Shown here: in pieces, positions 16,696 through 27,980 of the stretch
Layout: every line of letters starts with the position of its first letter
How positions within the stretch are numbered: position 1 is the stretch's first letter
Assembly: GCA_040900055.1 (NCBI GenBank)
Contig: JBBDZU010000002.1
Coordinates: forward strand, 18,425 to 82,424
Length of the DNA stretch: 64,000 nt
From: Candidatus Saccharimonadales bacterium
GTDB taxonomy: Bacteria > Patescibacteriota > Saccharimonadia > Saccharimonadales > UBA10212
Direction: 5' to 3'
Position numbers and translations under genes: made by a program
Notes under the pieces: model-generated
The model's input: the letters and a program-made list of their open reading frames with translations, nothing else
Database searches by the model: none
Told to the model about the DNA's origin: nothing

Positions 16696-16735
16696 CGTAT
16701 ACTCACGTACTAGTATACTAGTACGTGAGTATACG
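16696..16735. repeat. perfect 40-nt palindrome (copy 1 of 2)
   Basis: CGTATACTCACGTACTAGTA|TACTAGTACGTGAGTATACG, with no mismatch and no loop. It lies between rimK (stop 16819) and the 16622 gene start. The 34-nt core recurs at 48017-48050. Confidence 0.9.
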
Positions 16736-16818
16736 TAGAAGAGGATCTTAGATTAGAGATTGGTGCTTAGCAACTTAATAACGAGGATAAAGGGGTGCGG
16801 TCAAGAGCTAGCGCATTT

Positions 16819-17736
16819 TTAAGCGCCGACGCGGTCTTTACGGCGTCGAGCCTTGGCATTACGCTCTACGTATTCGATAACCTTTTCAACCACATTACGG
16901 CCAGTGACTTGCTCGATGCTTGACCCCGGGCTGGAGTTAACTTCTAGCACCAGCGGACCGCGCTTGCTGCGAATTAGATCTACGCCGGCAATGCTAAGCC
17001 CCATGGCTTTAGCGGCTTTGACGGCAACTTTGCGTTCTTCGTCCGTTAGTTTAATGGAGGTGCCTGTGCCACCTTGGTGTATGTTGGAGCGAAATTCTTC
17101 TTCCAAGTTAAGGCTTTGACGCTTCATAGAAGCAACAACTTTACCACCGACCACATAAGCTCTAATGTCACTGCCCTCGGCTTCTTCTATGTACTCTTGG
17201 AGTAGGATGTTGGTGCCTTCTTCTTCCATCAAGTAAAAGCCCTGAAGTACCGACCGGGCGGCTTTACGAGTTTCGGCCAAGACCACGCCGCGACCGTGAG
17301 TCCCACGGGCTAATTTGATGATAATCGGTAACCCACCAAGCTCCTCGATTATGTTGTCCACATCGGCCATACCACGCGAGAAAATAGTTTTAGGAATACC
17401 AATACCGGCACGGGCAAGCAGCTGGATACTGCGGAGCTTGTCTCGGGAACGCACAATGGCAATCGAACTAGCCGTAGTAAAGACCCCCTGCATTTCAAAC
17501 TGCCGTACAACAGCTGAGCCATAACGCGTATTGGAAGAAGCAATGCGAGGGATAATAGCATCAATACCTGACAAAACTTCACCGTTATACAAAATTACCG
17601 GATTATTTTGCTGAATACGGGCTTCGCACTGCAGATAGTTAATAACTTGCACATCATGGCCCCTTTTTTTGGCCTCTTCTACAAGCCTCTTTGTCGAGTA
17701 GTTGCCAGGACCTTTGGATAAAATGGCTATATTCAT
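16819..17736 (-). CDS. rimK: RimK-family ATP-grasp alpha-L-glutamate ligase
   Basis: MNIAILSKGPGNYSTKRL start and ATP-grasp motifs (IIKLARGTHGRGV, EVNSSPG). The track ORF starts 16 codons earlier at 17784 and would overlap the upstream gene. Confidence 0.88.
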   Translation of the reverse strand: MNIAILSKGPGNYSTKRLVEEAKKRGHDVQVINYLQCEARIQQNNPVILYNGEVLSGIDAIIPRIASSNTRYGSAVVRQFEMQGVFTTASSIAIVRSRDKLRSIQLLARAGIGIPKTIFSRGMADVDNIIEELGGLPIIIKLARGTHGRGVVLAETRKAARSVLQGFYLMEEEGTNILLQEYIEEAEGSDIRAYVVGGKVVASMKRQSLNLEEEFRSNIHQGGTGTSIKLTDEERKVAVKAAKAMGLSIAGVDLIRSKRGPLVLEVNSSPGSSIEQVTGRNVVEKVIEYVERNAKARRRKDRVGA

Positions 17737-17740
17737 GATA

Positions 17741-18196
17741 TTACTTTCTTTGGTAACGATACTTGGAGCCTTTTGCAGCGTCAACTAAAAAGCCGTGGCG
17801 CCTTAAAAAGCTTCGTCCTATTAAGACGCCTTTCATCATAGTACTGCGGTCGGCCAAGCTGATGTTTATAGGGTACTGAACACGCCGGATAACAACCGTG
17901 GTTGGAACAATGTAGCGTGTTTGGATTATGCCGTTAGAGCTGCGCACTTCCTTTTTTTGAAAACCAACTACAGTAATGCGTGGCTCTTTACCATAAGAAA
18001 GAAAGCTGACAGCCTTTTCTCCTGTAGGCAATAGCTCTTCTTTAATGCCAGTAGCGTGAAGAGCGCCAGAAAGAGCGCCGGTATCAACCTTGGCAATAAC
18101 ATCAATAACGCCAAAGTCCGGAAAGCTGACTTTCTCAAAAGCCCCGATAAGTTTGCGCATACCTCTAAATTTGAGCATATCTCTGTATAATACCAT
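17741..18196 (-). CDS. RimK-associated retropepsin-like aspartic protease (DUF785 family)
   Basis: 151 aa. AKVDTGA aspartic-protease signature, C-terminal LIGRSFLR..FLVD, and the typical position immediately upstream of rimK. Confidence 0.75.
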   Translation of the reverse strand: MVLYRDMLKFRGMRKLIGAFEKVSFPDFGVIDVIAKVDTGALSGALHATGIKEELLPTGEKAVSFLSYGKEPRITVVGFQKKEVRSSNGIIQTRYIVPTTVVIRRVQYPINISLADRSTMMKGVLIGRSFLRRHGFLVDAAKGSKYRYQRK

Positions 18197-18219
18197 AATT
18201 AAGGTATATATGCAAGAGG

Positions 18220-18780
18220 TTAGACGCGGCTTACTAGCTCGGGCAAGCTAAGCGTCCCGCCAAGCTCAGGGTGAAACTGGGTAGCCAGTAGTGGTCTTTT
18301 TTTATGACTAATTACTTCTATGCCAGAGCCAGAATCGGCCAAAACCTCGAAGCCCGAGGGCGCCGCTGTGACTCGCCATTTATGAGCCTCGAACTGTTTG
18401 AGCTTTTTATGTAGCAGAATCTGCCTACCCTTTCGGCTTAAGCTGATGTTGTCATAACCAGAAAGCAGGCCAGGCAATTCCTCGACGCTCTGCCCGTAAG
18501 CTTTGGCGATTACTTCAAAACCCATGCAAATGCCAATAATTGGTTTGGGACAAGACAAAACGAAGTTCATTTCGTCTTCATACCACAGTTTGCCCGGCTT
18601 ATTAACATCGTCAATCTCTTGGCCTTCGCCGCCACCACCAGACAAAATTACTAAGTCCTTGTCCTGATAATGAAAGTTAATGCCGGGTTTATAAGTTTGA
18701 ATTTCAACTTGGTGGCCAGCCAAGGCTGATTTTAAATGGCTAAGGTGCTGAGTTTGGTTATTGACTAGCAGTATTCGCAT
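18220..18780 (-). CDS. class I glutamine amidotransferase-like protein
   Basis: 186 aa. Nucleophile elbow GICMGFE and the His-Glu pair in QFHPE. Confidence 0.75.
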   Translation of the reverse strand: MRILLVNNQTQHLSHLKSALAGHQVEIQTYKPGINFHYQDKDLVILSGGGGEGQEIDDVNKPGKLWYEDEMNFVLSCPKPIIGICMGFEVIAKAYGQSVEELPGLLSGYDNISLSRKGRQILLHKKLKQFEAHKWRVTAAPSGFEVLADSGSGIEVISHKKRPLLATQFHPELGGTLSLPELVSRV

Positions 18781-18783
18781 TAG

Positions 18784-18990
18784 CTAATTGACGCGTCGAT
18801 AAGCCAGCCAAATAATGACAGCTATCACCAAAAGAAGCATCAGCAGTAAAGGTATGAACCCAGCACCTAGATCAGGGCGCTTTGCAGATACCCGCCTTCC
18901 GGCGATTTTTTGGGATTCTAAGTGCTGGGTGAACCCGTTTGTCTTTTTATTTTGCGCTAGCATCCTGGTTATGGTTATACACCAAGGCAA
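18784..18990 (-). CDS. small hypothetical membrane protein
   Basis: 68-aa ORF with a C-terminal TM helix (FIPLLLMLLLVIAVIIWLAY). It sits between dnaJ and the GATase gene. The start is uncertain. Confidence 0.3.
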   Translation of the reverse strand: MPWCITITRMLAQNKKTNGFTQHLESQKIAGRRVSAKRPDLGAGFIPLLLMLLLVIAVIIWLAYRRVN

Positions 18991-19003
18991 CCGGTTTGTG
19001 AAG

Positions 19004-20567
<1,564 letters not shown>

Positions 20568-20574
20568 GATAAGG

Positions 20575-22515
20575 CTAGCCTTTCTTCTCGTCTGAGGCGG
20601 AATCTTTAGAATCGTCTACGACTTCGCCCTCGACTGGCTCCTCTTTGGAAGACTTCTTGCCCTTGGGCTCATCCTTTGCATCATCAGATTTGGCTTCATT
20701 TTCCTTGTTGGCTTGCTCGTACATTTTGGCGCCAATAGGCATTATGGCGTCGGACAAGTCCTTGGCAGCTTTTTCCAACTCTTCTTTGTCGGTCGCTTCT
20801 AGGTGTTTTTTGGCTTCGTCGATAGCTTGGTTTAAGGTTTTCATATCTTCGTCGGCCAGTTTGTCTTTATGGTCGGTCTTCATCTTTTCGGCCTGGTAAA
20901 TGGCATTTTCTAGCTGGTTCTTGGCTTCGACGGATTCGCGCTTTTTGCGGTCCTCTTCACGGTGGGCCTCGGCATCTTTGGCCATTTTTTCGACCTCTTC
21001 TTTGGAAAGTGAGCCGCTTTCTTTAATGGTGATGCTTTGTTCTTTACCGCTGGCTTTATCTTTGGCTTTAACGTTCAAGATGCCGTTAGCATCTATGTTG
21101 AAACTTACTTCCACTTGCGGTACGCCGCGTGGAGCTGTAGGAATGCCGTCCAGCACAAAGCGGCCAAGGCTTTTATTGTCGGCAGCCATTTCGCGCTCGC
21201 CCTGCAAAACGTGAATTTCCACGCTAGTTTGGTTGTCGGCGGCTGTAGAGAAAACTTCGCCTTTGCTAGTTGGGATGGTGGTATTTCGCTCAATTAATTT
21301 AGTTGTTACGCCGCCTAGAGTCTCAATGCCCAGACCAAGCGGTGTAACGTCCAGCAATAGTACGTCTTTGACGTCGCCTTGTAAGACACCGGCTTGGATA
21401 GCCGCGCCGATGGCTACGACTTCGTCGGGGTTTACACCCTTCATTGGCTCTTTGCCAAAAATTTCCTGGACCTTTTTTTGGACGGCTGGCATACGTGTCA
21501 TTCCACCGACTAAAACTACGGCATCAATATCGGCCACTTTAAAACCAGCATCAGACAAGGCTTGTTCGCAAGGCTTGGTAGTTTTGGCTATTAAGTCACT
21601 AACCAAGCTTTCCAACTTGGCACGGTTCATTTTGTGCTCAAAATGCTTAGGTCCGTCAGCGTCAGCCGTTAAAAATGGCAAATTTATGTCGTATTCGGCA
21701 GTAGTTGAAAGTTCGATTTTGGCCTTCTCGGCCTCGTCGCGCAGTCGCTGCATAGCTGATTTATCTTCTGTCACGTCAATGCCATGCTGGCGTTTGAACT
21801 CGTCGGCCAAGTAATTGACAATTACCCTATCAAAGTCAGCTCCACCCAAATGAGTGTCACCGTTGGTGCTCTTAACTTCAAAAACATTGTCGCCAAGCTC
21901 TAGGATAGAGATGTCAAAGGTGCCGCCGCCTAAGTCATAGACGGCAATTTTCTCGTCTTTTTTGTCGGCCTTATCTAAACCATAAGCCAAGGCCGCCGCC
22001 GTTGGTTCGTTGATGATTCGCTTAACTTCTAACCCGGCAATTTTGCCAGCGTCTTTGGTGGCCTGGCGTTGGGCGTCGTTAAAATATGCCGGCACAGTAA
22101 TTACTGCTTCGGTGACAGGTTGCCCCAAAAAAGCTTCGGCGTCGGCCTTTAGCTTGGATAAAATCATTGCACTAATTTCTTCGGGACTGTGCTCTTTATC
22201 GCCTAGCTTAACTTTTACGCCACCATTAGATTTTACGATTTCATAGCCCATAATTTTAAGGTCGCGCTGGACTTCTTCATCTTCCCAGCGCCGGCCCATA
22301 AGGCGCTTGATTTCGTAAATAGTATTTTGGGCGTTAGTGACCATTTGGCGCCGAGCCACCTGGCCAATTAAACGCTCGTCGGCTTTATTAACAGCCACTA
22401 CGCTTGGTGTCGTCCGGTTGCCCTCGGAATTAGTAATAATTTCGGGTTTGCCGGCCTGCATCACGGCCATTGCCGAGTTAGTTGTACCTAAATCGATTCC
22501 AATAATTTTTGCCAT
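20575..22515 (-). CDS. dnaK: chaperone DnaK (Hsp70)
   Basis: 646 aa. [18 protein letters not shown] and EPTAAALAY motifs. Confidence 0.97.
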   Translation of the reverse strand: MAKIIGIDLGTTNSAMAVMQAGKPEIITNSEGNRTTPSVVAVNKADERLIGQVARRQMVTNAQNTIYEIKRLMGRRWEDEEVQRDLKIMGYEIVKSNGGVKVKLGDKEHSPEEISAMILSKLKADAEAFLGQPVTEAVITVPAYFNDAQRQATKDAGKIAGLEVKRIINEPTAAALAYGLDKADKKDEKIAVYDLGGGTFDISILELGDNVFEVKSTNGDTHLGGADFDRVIVNYLADEFKRQHGIDVTEDKSAMQRLRDEAEKAKIELSTTAEYDINLPFLTADADGPKHFEHKMNRAKLESLVSDLIAKTTKPCEQALSDAGFKVADIDAVVLVGGMTRMPAVQKKVQEIFGKEPMKGVNPDEVVAIGAAIQAGVLQGDVKDVLLLDVTPLGLGIETLGGVTTKLIERNTTIPTSKGEVFSTAADNQTSVEIHVLQGEREMAADNKSLGRFVLDGIPTAPRGVPQVEVSFNIDANGILNVKAKDKASGKEQSITIKESGSLSKEEVEKMAKDAEAHREEDRKKRESVEAKNQLENAIYQAEKMKTDHKDKLADEDMKTLNQAIDEAKKHLEATDKEELEKAAKDLSDAIMPIGAKMYEQANKENEAKSDDAKDEPKGKKSSKEEPVEGEVVDDSKDSASDEKKG

Positions 22516-22525
22516 TACTTACTCC

Positions 22526-22993
22526 TTATTGCCTTTTAACTTTCACCGTAGCGTGACGAATGATTTCGTCGCCGATTTTATAGCCGGGTTGAAGCTCCTC
22601 AGCTACGACCTCTACATTTCCGCCTTTATCTTCCATGCTGACAGCCTCATGAAACTTGGGGTCAAACTGCTCGCCTACTGCTTTTATGCGCTCCACTCCG
22701 AGTCGGGCTAGGCACTGCTCAAATTGCTTAGATACCCCCTGGACACCTTTGACATAGTCGTGGTTGGCTAATTCTTTGGGGGAGTGGTTTAAGGCCCGCT
22801 CTAAATTATCTAGGGCTGGCAAAAGTTCGTTGACTACCATGGCTTTATAAAAATGTCCTAGTTTTGCCCGTTCGTCTTCCGTGCGACGACGAACGTTCAT
22901 AGCGTCAGCTCTTTCGCGTTTTAAAGCCTCGGTCAACTCTTCAATTTGGTCTTTTAGCTCCTTTAAGCTGGTAGTTTGGGACTTTTTAGGCAT
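22526..22993 (-). CDS. grpE: nucleotide exchange factor GrpE
   Basis: 155 aa. Coiled-coil N-terminus and C-terminal beta domain (FDPKFHEAV), located in the dnaK operon. Confidence 0.9.
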   Translation of the reverse strand: MPKKSQTTSLKELKDQIEELTEALKRERADAMNVRRRTEDERAKLGHFYKAMVVNELLPALDNLERALNHSPKELANHDYVKGVQGVSKQFEQCLARLGVERIKAVGEQFDPKFHEAVSMEDKGGNVEVVAEELQPGYKIGDEIIRHATVKVKRQ

Positions 22994-23690
22994 AGACTGT
23001 CTCCTCCAGCGCCCGACCGGCCCACCCTACGAGATTTATTACATCGCGATAGCTTTGTCTGGTTGGCCCTAAGACCCCAATGTAGCTGCGGTCCGAGAAT
23101 GGACTGCGAAAGCGGCTAATAATCAATGAGCAACCAGCGCCGCGGCCAATTGGGTTTTCGCGACCAATATAGACATTTAATGGCTCGTTAGGCGCTGCCT
23201 CATAAAGCCACGGTTCCAGGTTGTCCAGGAGCCTCGCAACCTCCTTGACTTGACCGGGGTGCATAAATTCTGGCTGACCAAACAGGTTCGACAGGCCACT
23301 CATATAAAGTTGGGGGCCGATAGTGGCTATTCCCAAGTTATGAGTTAGCTCTACTAAGGTATCGACAGCATTTTTAATGGCTAGTTCTGGTACGCCACCG
23401 CCGCTAACCCTCGCGGCTAAAGCCCGCTCACGGCGATCAACCACTGGTGTTTTACCGATATCTGACAGCTGGTTGACGTAATAGCGATAGCCTTTATCGG
23501 TAGGTAACCGGCCAGCACTGGTGTGAGGGTGGGTAATATAACTAGCGCGTTCCAGCTCGGCCATATCGGCTCGAATGGTTGCACTCGAGACATTAAAAGC
23601 CTTAGCCAGCAAGCTGCTGCCAACTGGCACAGCTACTTCGGCATATTGCTCAATTATTGCAGCTAAGATTTTCTCTTGTCGTTCCGTCAT
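22986..23690 (-). CDS. hrcA: heat-inducible transcription repressor HrcA (compact, 234 aa)
   Basis: N-terminal winged helix (RQEKILAAIIEQY...PVGS..L......SSATIR.DM.ELE), first gene of the grpE-dnaK-dnaJ operon, CIRCE operators immediately upstream. Confidence 0.85.
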   Translation of the reverse strand: MTERQEKILAAIIEQYAEVAVPVGSSLLAKAFNVSSATIRADMAELERASYITHPHTSAGRLPTDKGYRYYVNQLSDIGKTPVVDRRERALAARVSGGGVPELAIKNAVDTLVELTHNLGIATIGPQLYMSGLSNLFGQPEFMHPGQVKEVARLLDNLEPWLYEAAPNEPLNVYIGRENPIGRGAGCSLIISRFRSPFSDRSYIGVLGPTRQSYRDVINLVGWAGRALEETVYA

Positions 23691-23717
23691 TTAGCACTCC
23701 AATGCTCCGAGTGCTAG
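23691..23717. promoter_or_regulatory. CIRCE operator 1
   Basis: TTAGCACTC-caatgctcc-GAGTGCTAG, matching the consensus TTAGCACTC-N9-GAGTGCTAA. It directly abuts the hrcA ATG. Confidence 0.9.
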
Positions 23718-23727
23718 TTTACAAGAG

Positions 23728-23754
23728 TTAGCAACAGCTAGTCAAGAGTGCTAA
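23728..23754. promoter_or_regulatory. CIRCE operator 2 (degenerate left half), overlapping a putative -35
   Basis: TTAGCAACA-gctagtcaa-GAGTGCTAA. On the minus strand a candidate promoter is TTGACT (23745-23740), an 18-nt spacer, then TAAACT (23721-23716). Confidence 0.7.
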
Positions 23755-23758
23755 AGAG

Positions 23759-24451
23759 TTATTTGTGGCGGCGCTTTAAGAACTCTAAATTAGATGCCGC
23801 TATCTGTTTAGCTTCGGTTTCGTCAACAGGCCTTCGGCCATCGGCAATTTGGATCACCCGTTGTGCAGCCATTTCTATTTCGTCATTTAGAATATAGCAA
23901 GTTTGGGGGTCAGATAACGAAAGAGCGAGAGATTCGATGGCTTCGGCTTCCCGCTCGGCTTGATCTTCTGGCTTAAATCGGCGGGTATTTAGCCATCCTT
24001 GCCAAGCGCCGTAGCTTTTGGGCACTATATGCAGCCTTTTAAACTCCTTAAACCCTAAGGCCCGGAATTTGGGAATATGCCTGGCCATAATAGCTTTGAC
24101 GGCAATTTTGCCTACCGGATAATCTTGCAGTCTCGAGCCGTAAAAATAGCCGGAGAATCCCGCAGTAATTTCTATAAATCTTCGCGCCAACAAATCTTCT
24201 TTTATATTTTCTTTGGTTCTAAAGTGATATTGTACCCCTTCTTTTTCCTCGGGCCTGGGAGGCCGGCTAGCATCACCAACTGCCCTAGCGAAGCGGTCTG
24301 GATGATGGGACTCCAGATAATCCATAATGCTGTCTTTGCCGCTGCCGTAAGGACCCACAAAGGCATAAAATCTGACCTGACTAATCTTTGCTAACAGTTC
24401 AGCAGGCGGTTGATAGTCGGCGACAGCCTGTGCTAGCTCTTGGTCATTCAT
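23759..24451 (-). CDS. guanylate kinase-like P-loop kinase
   Basis: 230 aa. P-loop GPYGSGKDS and the SRPPRPEEKEGVQYHF segment resemble Gmk (TTRxPRxGExxGxxYxF). A C-terminal extension has no assigned function. Confidence 0.55.
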   Translation of the reverse strand: MNDQELAQAVADYQPPAELLAKISQVRFYAFVGPYGSGKDSIMDYLESHHPDRFARAVGDASRPPRPEEKEGVQYHFRTKENIKEDLLARRFIEITAGFSGYFYGSRLQDYPVGKIAVKAIMARHIPKFRALGFKEFKRLHIVPKSYGAWQGWLNTRRFKPEDQAEREAEAIESLALSLSDPQTCYILNDEIEMAAQRVIQIADGRRPVDETEAKQIAASNLEFLKRRHK

Positions 24452-24483
24452 TTTTTAAGTTTACCAGCAGCAACGCCGCAAAG

Positions 24484-26289
24484 TTAGTCTTGTTTAAGCA
24501 TGACGGCAAATGCCTCGGCTGGGATATCGACTTTGCCAAAGCGGCGCATCCGCTCTTTACCTTTCTTTTGTTTAGTCAGAACTTTCTTTTTTCGGGTGAC
24601 ATCGCCGCCGTATAAACCGGCTGTGACGTCTTTGCGGTAAGCGCTAACATCTTCGCGGGCAATAAATTGGCCGCCGAGGGCGGCCTGCAAGCTTACCTTA
24701 AACTGCTGTTTTGGGATAATTTCTTTTAGTTTTTTGACAGTAGATTGGCCAATCGGAACCGCCTGGCTTCTATGGACAATGGTGCTTAGTGAATCGATTT
24801 TGTCGCCAGCCACATATATATCAAGCTTAACTAAATCGCCAGTGCGGTAGTTTGTTAATTGATAGTTAAATGAACCATAACCAGAAGTTATGTTTTTTAA
24901 TTTATCGTAAAAATCGGTAATTAAACTGCTAAGCGGCGCCTCAAAATCAACAACTACTAAACCTCCATCCTTAGGGTTTAAGCTGGTAATATAGCGCAGC
25001 CCTTTTTGAAGTCCACGTGAGCCGTTAACCAGCTGCAGAACTTTACCTAAATATATAGACGGGCAGACAATCTCGCCGCTAACCCACGGTTCTAAAATTT
25101 CGGTAAACGAGCTATCGTCGGGTAGCTCGGCGGCTGATTTTATATGGGTGGATTGCCCATTTTGTAAGCGGACTTGGTAGTCGCAAGAAGGGTTAGTAAC
25201 GATTAAATCAAGGTCATATTCGCGGCTCAACCGCTCGCGGACAATATCCATGTGAAGTAGCCCCAAAAAACCCAAACGAAGGCCAAAGCCCAAAACCGGT
25301 GACTTCTCCAGGCTAAATTGTAAAGAAGAATCACTTAAGCTTAGTTTTTCCACGCCATCTTTTAAGGCTTGGTATTGCTGGTGGCTAGCCGGGAAGAAAC
25401 CAGCGTAAACAAATGGTTCTACATCTTTGTAGCCTGGTAGCGGCTTGGTTGATGGGAGATTCGCTAACGTTACAGTGTCCCCGACTTTAGCGTTACGTGC
25501 TGTCTTTAGGTTTGTAACAATAAAGCCAATGTCGCCGGCCTGTAAGCCATGCGTTGGTGACATATCTGGATTAAGAAAACCAACTTCTAGTGCTGTCGCC
25601 GTCCTGTCTGCGCCGAGCATTCTTAATTGATCACTTTTGGAAATTTCGCCATCGACGATACGAACATATAAAACCACGCCGCGGTGAGGATCAAAATAAC
25701 TATCGAATATTAGTGCCCGGGTTGGCCCCTTGGAATCGCCAGAGGGTGGGGGGACAGTCGACAGTATTTTATCTAGCAGGGCCTCTGCCCCTTGGCCAGT
25801 TTTAGCGCTGGTAAGTTGTATGTCCTGCTGCTGGCAGCCTAAAAGCTCCATAATTTCTAGGCTTAGTGTCTCGGTATCAGCTGCCGGTAAATCAATTTTA
25901 TTTAGGACCGGAATTACTTTAAGCCCTGCTTCTTCTGCCAAATGAATGTTAGATAAGGTTTGAGCTTGGATGCCCTGCGTAGCGTCAATTACTAAAACTG
26001 CCCCCTCAACAGCGGCCAGTGAACGACTGACCTCGTAGCTAAAGTCAACATGCCCGGGTGTGTCGATAAGGTTTAATTCGTAGTCTTTATATTTCATGTG
26101 GACTGGTGCCAACTTGATAGTAATGCCGCGTTCGCGCTCCAAATCCATTCGGTCCAAAGTTTGTTCCCTAAGCTGACGCTTCTCGATAGTTTGGGTGAGC
26201 TCCATTAACCGGTCGGCCAAAGTGCTTTTGCCATGGTCTATGTGGGCGATAATACAAAAATTTCTTTTTCGAGATTGATCCATGAACAC
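24484..26289 (-). CDS. lepA: translation elongation factor 4 (LepA)
   Basis: 601 aa. G1 AHIDHGKST, G3 DTPGH, NKID, and the LepA-specific C-terminal domain. Confidence 0.95.
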   Translation of the reverse strand: MFMDQSRKRNFCIIAHIDHGKSTLADRLMELTQTIEKRQLREQTLDRMDLERERGITIKLAPVHMKYKDYELNLIDTPGHVDFSYEVSRSLAAVEGAVLVIDATQGIQAQTLSNIHLAEEAGLKVIPVLNKIDLPAADTETLSLEIMELLGCQQQDIQLTSAKTGQGAEALLDKILSTVPPPSGDSKGPTRALIFDSYFDPHRGVVLYVRIVDGEISKSDQLRMLGADRTATALEVGFLNPDMSPTHGLQAGDIGFIVTNLKTARNAKVGDTVTLANLPSTKPLPGYKDVEPFVYAGFFPASHQQYQALKDGVEKLSLSDSSLQFSLEKSPVLGFGLRLGFLGLLHMDIVRERLSREYDLDLIVTNPSCDYQVRLQNGQSTHIKSAAELPDDSSFTEILEPWVSGEIVCPSIYLGKVLQLVNGSRGLQKGLRYITSLNPKDGGLVVVDFEAPLSSLITDFYDKLKNITSGYGSFNYQLTNYRTGDLVKLDIYVAGDKIDSLSTIVHRSQAVPIGQSTVKKLKEIIPKQQFKVSLQAALGGQFIAREDVSAYRKDVTAGLYGGDVTRKKKVLTKQKKGKERMRRFGKVDIPAEAFAVMLKQD

Positions 26290-26292
26290 CTG

Positions 26293-27879
26293 CTAACGTA
26301 TAGGGACAGGTTTGAAGATTATCTTACGGATCTTATCAATAACCGGACGGGCCTCTTCTAGGCCATAAAGCCAAGATAGTAAAAAGTGAACGGCAAATGT
26401 CGGCAAAATAATGGCCGATACTTTAGCGCCAAGTGTAATAAAACCAACTTCCGTTCCTTGGAACGGCACGACGTACCGGGCCATAACGTAGGCCGTCACT
26501 ACTGTAAAGCCGGTAACCGACAAGATTCTGATTACCCCACCCCAAAATTCGGCTGTGAAAAGCCGTTTATCTCGCCAAATCATTATTAGAAGTAAGATAA
26601 AGACCTCGGCAGCGGCTACTACGGATTGAGCCATGGCTAGACCAACCAAACCATAAGTTCTAGTCCAGGTGAAAACTAAGTAAATGTTAAGGGCAATAGC
26701 CAGTAGCGACACATAAAGGGGCGTTTTGGTATCTTTATGTGAATAAAAGTAGCGCGAAATTAAAGCATATAACGTCCGAAAAACTATAGCTCCTGCTAAG
26801 AAACCAAACACAAGCGCAATCTCTGGCGATATATTTTTAAAGATTAAACGAGCAAAATAACCACGGCCAAAATATGAAATAACTGCAACTGGTAAGATTA
26901 TCCAGAGCATTGCCCTAAGCACAGTTAAAAAATCACGTCTAAATAAGTCGGGGCGCCCTTGCGCCAGACGATCATTAAGCCTGGGAAAAGCGGCTGTTGC
27001 AATGGTTGTACCGATTAAAAGAATAGGCACCAAATGCATTGTGTAGGCATTTTCGTAAAAAGTTATGGCGCCGCGCCCCAGTGTACTAGCCATCCTTGTC
27101 TCGACGATACTGTTAATGGAGTCGATACCTTGGTCGACAGATCTAGGCGGCAGTTGTTTTAATATCCGCCGAAAATCGTAGTTTCGCCAATCGATATGAG
27201 GACGGTAGTTAAACTTCATGCCTACCAGTCCCAGCATAACTATCAGCAGTTGCAAAATGGCGCCGGCTAAGGCTCCAATACCTAAGCCAACCAAACCCAA
27301 AGAGTCTTTAAAAATATAAACACTGGCAATAATACAGCCGTTATAAGTGATTGGTGCCAGCGCGTAGAAAAAGAAACGTCCAAAAGTTTGCTGCAAACTA
27401 GTCAAAACACCAGAAATAGTAAAGAGCAGCGGGTTAAAGGCAATAATCCGCATAATAGTCACAGCATCGGCAGTTTGCTCTCTACTTAAGTTGTCGCCTA
27501 TAACTAAACGAACGAGTGGTTCGGCAAAGACTAGCAAGATTATGCCAACTGCTAGCATTACCAAGCTCAGCAAATTCACAAGACCCGAAGTTAGTTGCCA
27601 AACCGATTTACGATCACCCCTATCTAGCTTGTCGGCCAAAAAAGGCATAAAGGCTACGCCTAAAGCACCGGCAGCAATGGTGTAAAAGAAGAAGTCCGGT
27701 ATTTTAAAGGCTGCAAAATAAGCGTCGGTTGTAATATTGCCGGGACTATTAAAATTACCATTAATAATCTGGGTTCGGATAAAGCCTAGTAACTGACCAA
27801 CAAGCGAAGCGCCAATAAGCATAGCCGCAGCACTAACTAAAGTCACCCGTTGATTGGCACGGCTTAACCAGCGGTTCAT
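26293..27879 (-). CDS. murJ: lipid II flippase MurJ (MviN family)
   Basis: 528 aa, about 14 TM helices. The N-terminal pattern SRVLGFIR-like (GQLLGFIRTQII) and FFYALAP-type motifs. Confidence 0.8.
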   Translation of the reverse strand: MNRWLSRANQRVTLVSAAAMLIGASLVGQLLGFIRTQIINGNFNSPGNITTDAYFAAFKIPDFFFYTIAAGALGVAFMPFLADKLDRGDRKSVWQLTSGLVNLLSLVMLAVGIILLVFAEPLVRLVIGDNLSREQTADAVTIMRIIAFNPLLFTISGVLTSLQQTFGRFFFYALAPITYNGCIIASVYIFKDSLGLVGLGIGALAGAILQLLIVMLGLVGMKFNYRPHIDWRNYDFRRILKQLPPRSVDQGIDSINSIVETRMASTLGRGAITFYENAYTMHLVPILLIGTTIATAAFPRLNDRLAQGRPDLFRRDFLTVLRAMLWIILPVAVISYFGRGYFARLIFKNISPEIALVFGFLAGAIVFRTLYALISRYFYSHKDTKTPLYVSLLAIALNIYLVFTWTRTYGLVGLAMAQSVVAAAEVFILLLIMIWRDKRLFTAEFWGGVIRILSVTGFTVVTAYVMARYVVPFQGTEVGFITLGAKVSAIILPTFAVHFLLSWLYGLEEARPVIDKIRKIIFKPVPIR

Positions 27880-27980
27880 CCGAGGAAATCCTCGGTTGCT
27901 ATAAGACTCATTGCCTAAAATTATATAGGCGAATGCCTGGGTTCGCTAAGGATTTATAAAGCTAGAAGATTTGATTTAAA

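Noticed and set aside
16696-16735. The long palindromes (here and at 48017-48050) read as rho-independent terminators
   Set aside because: No U-rich tract follows on either strand, and the dyads have no loop. They are reported as repeat/operator candidates instead.
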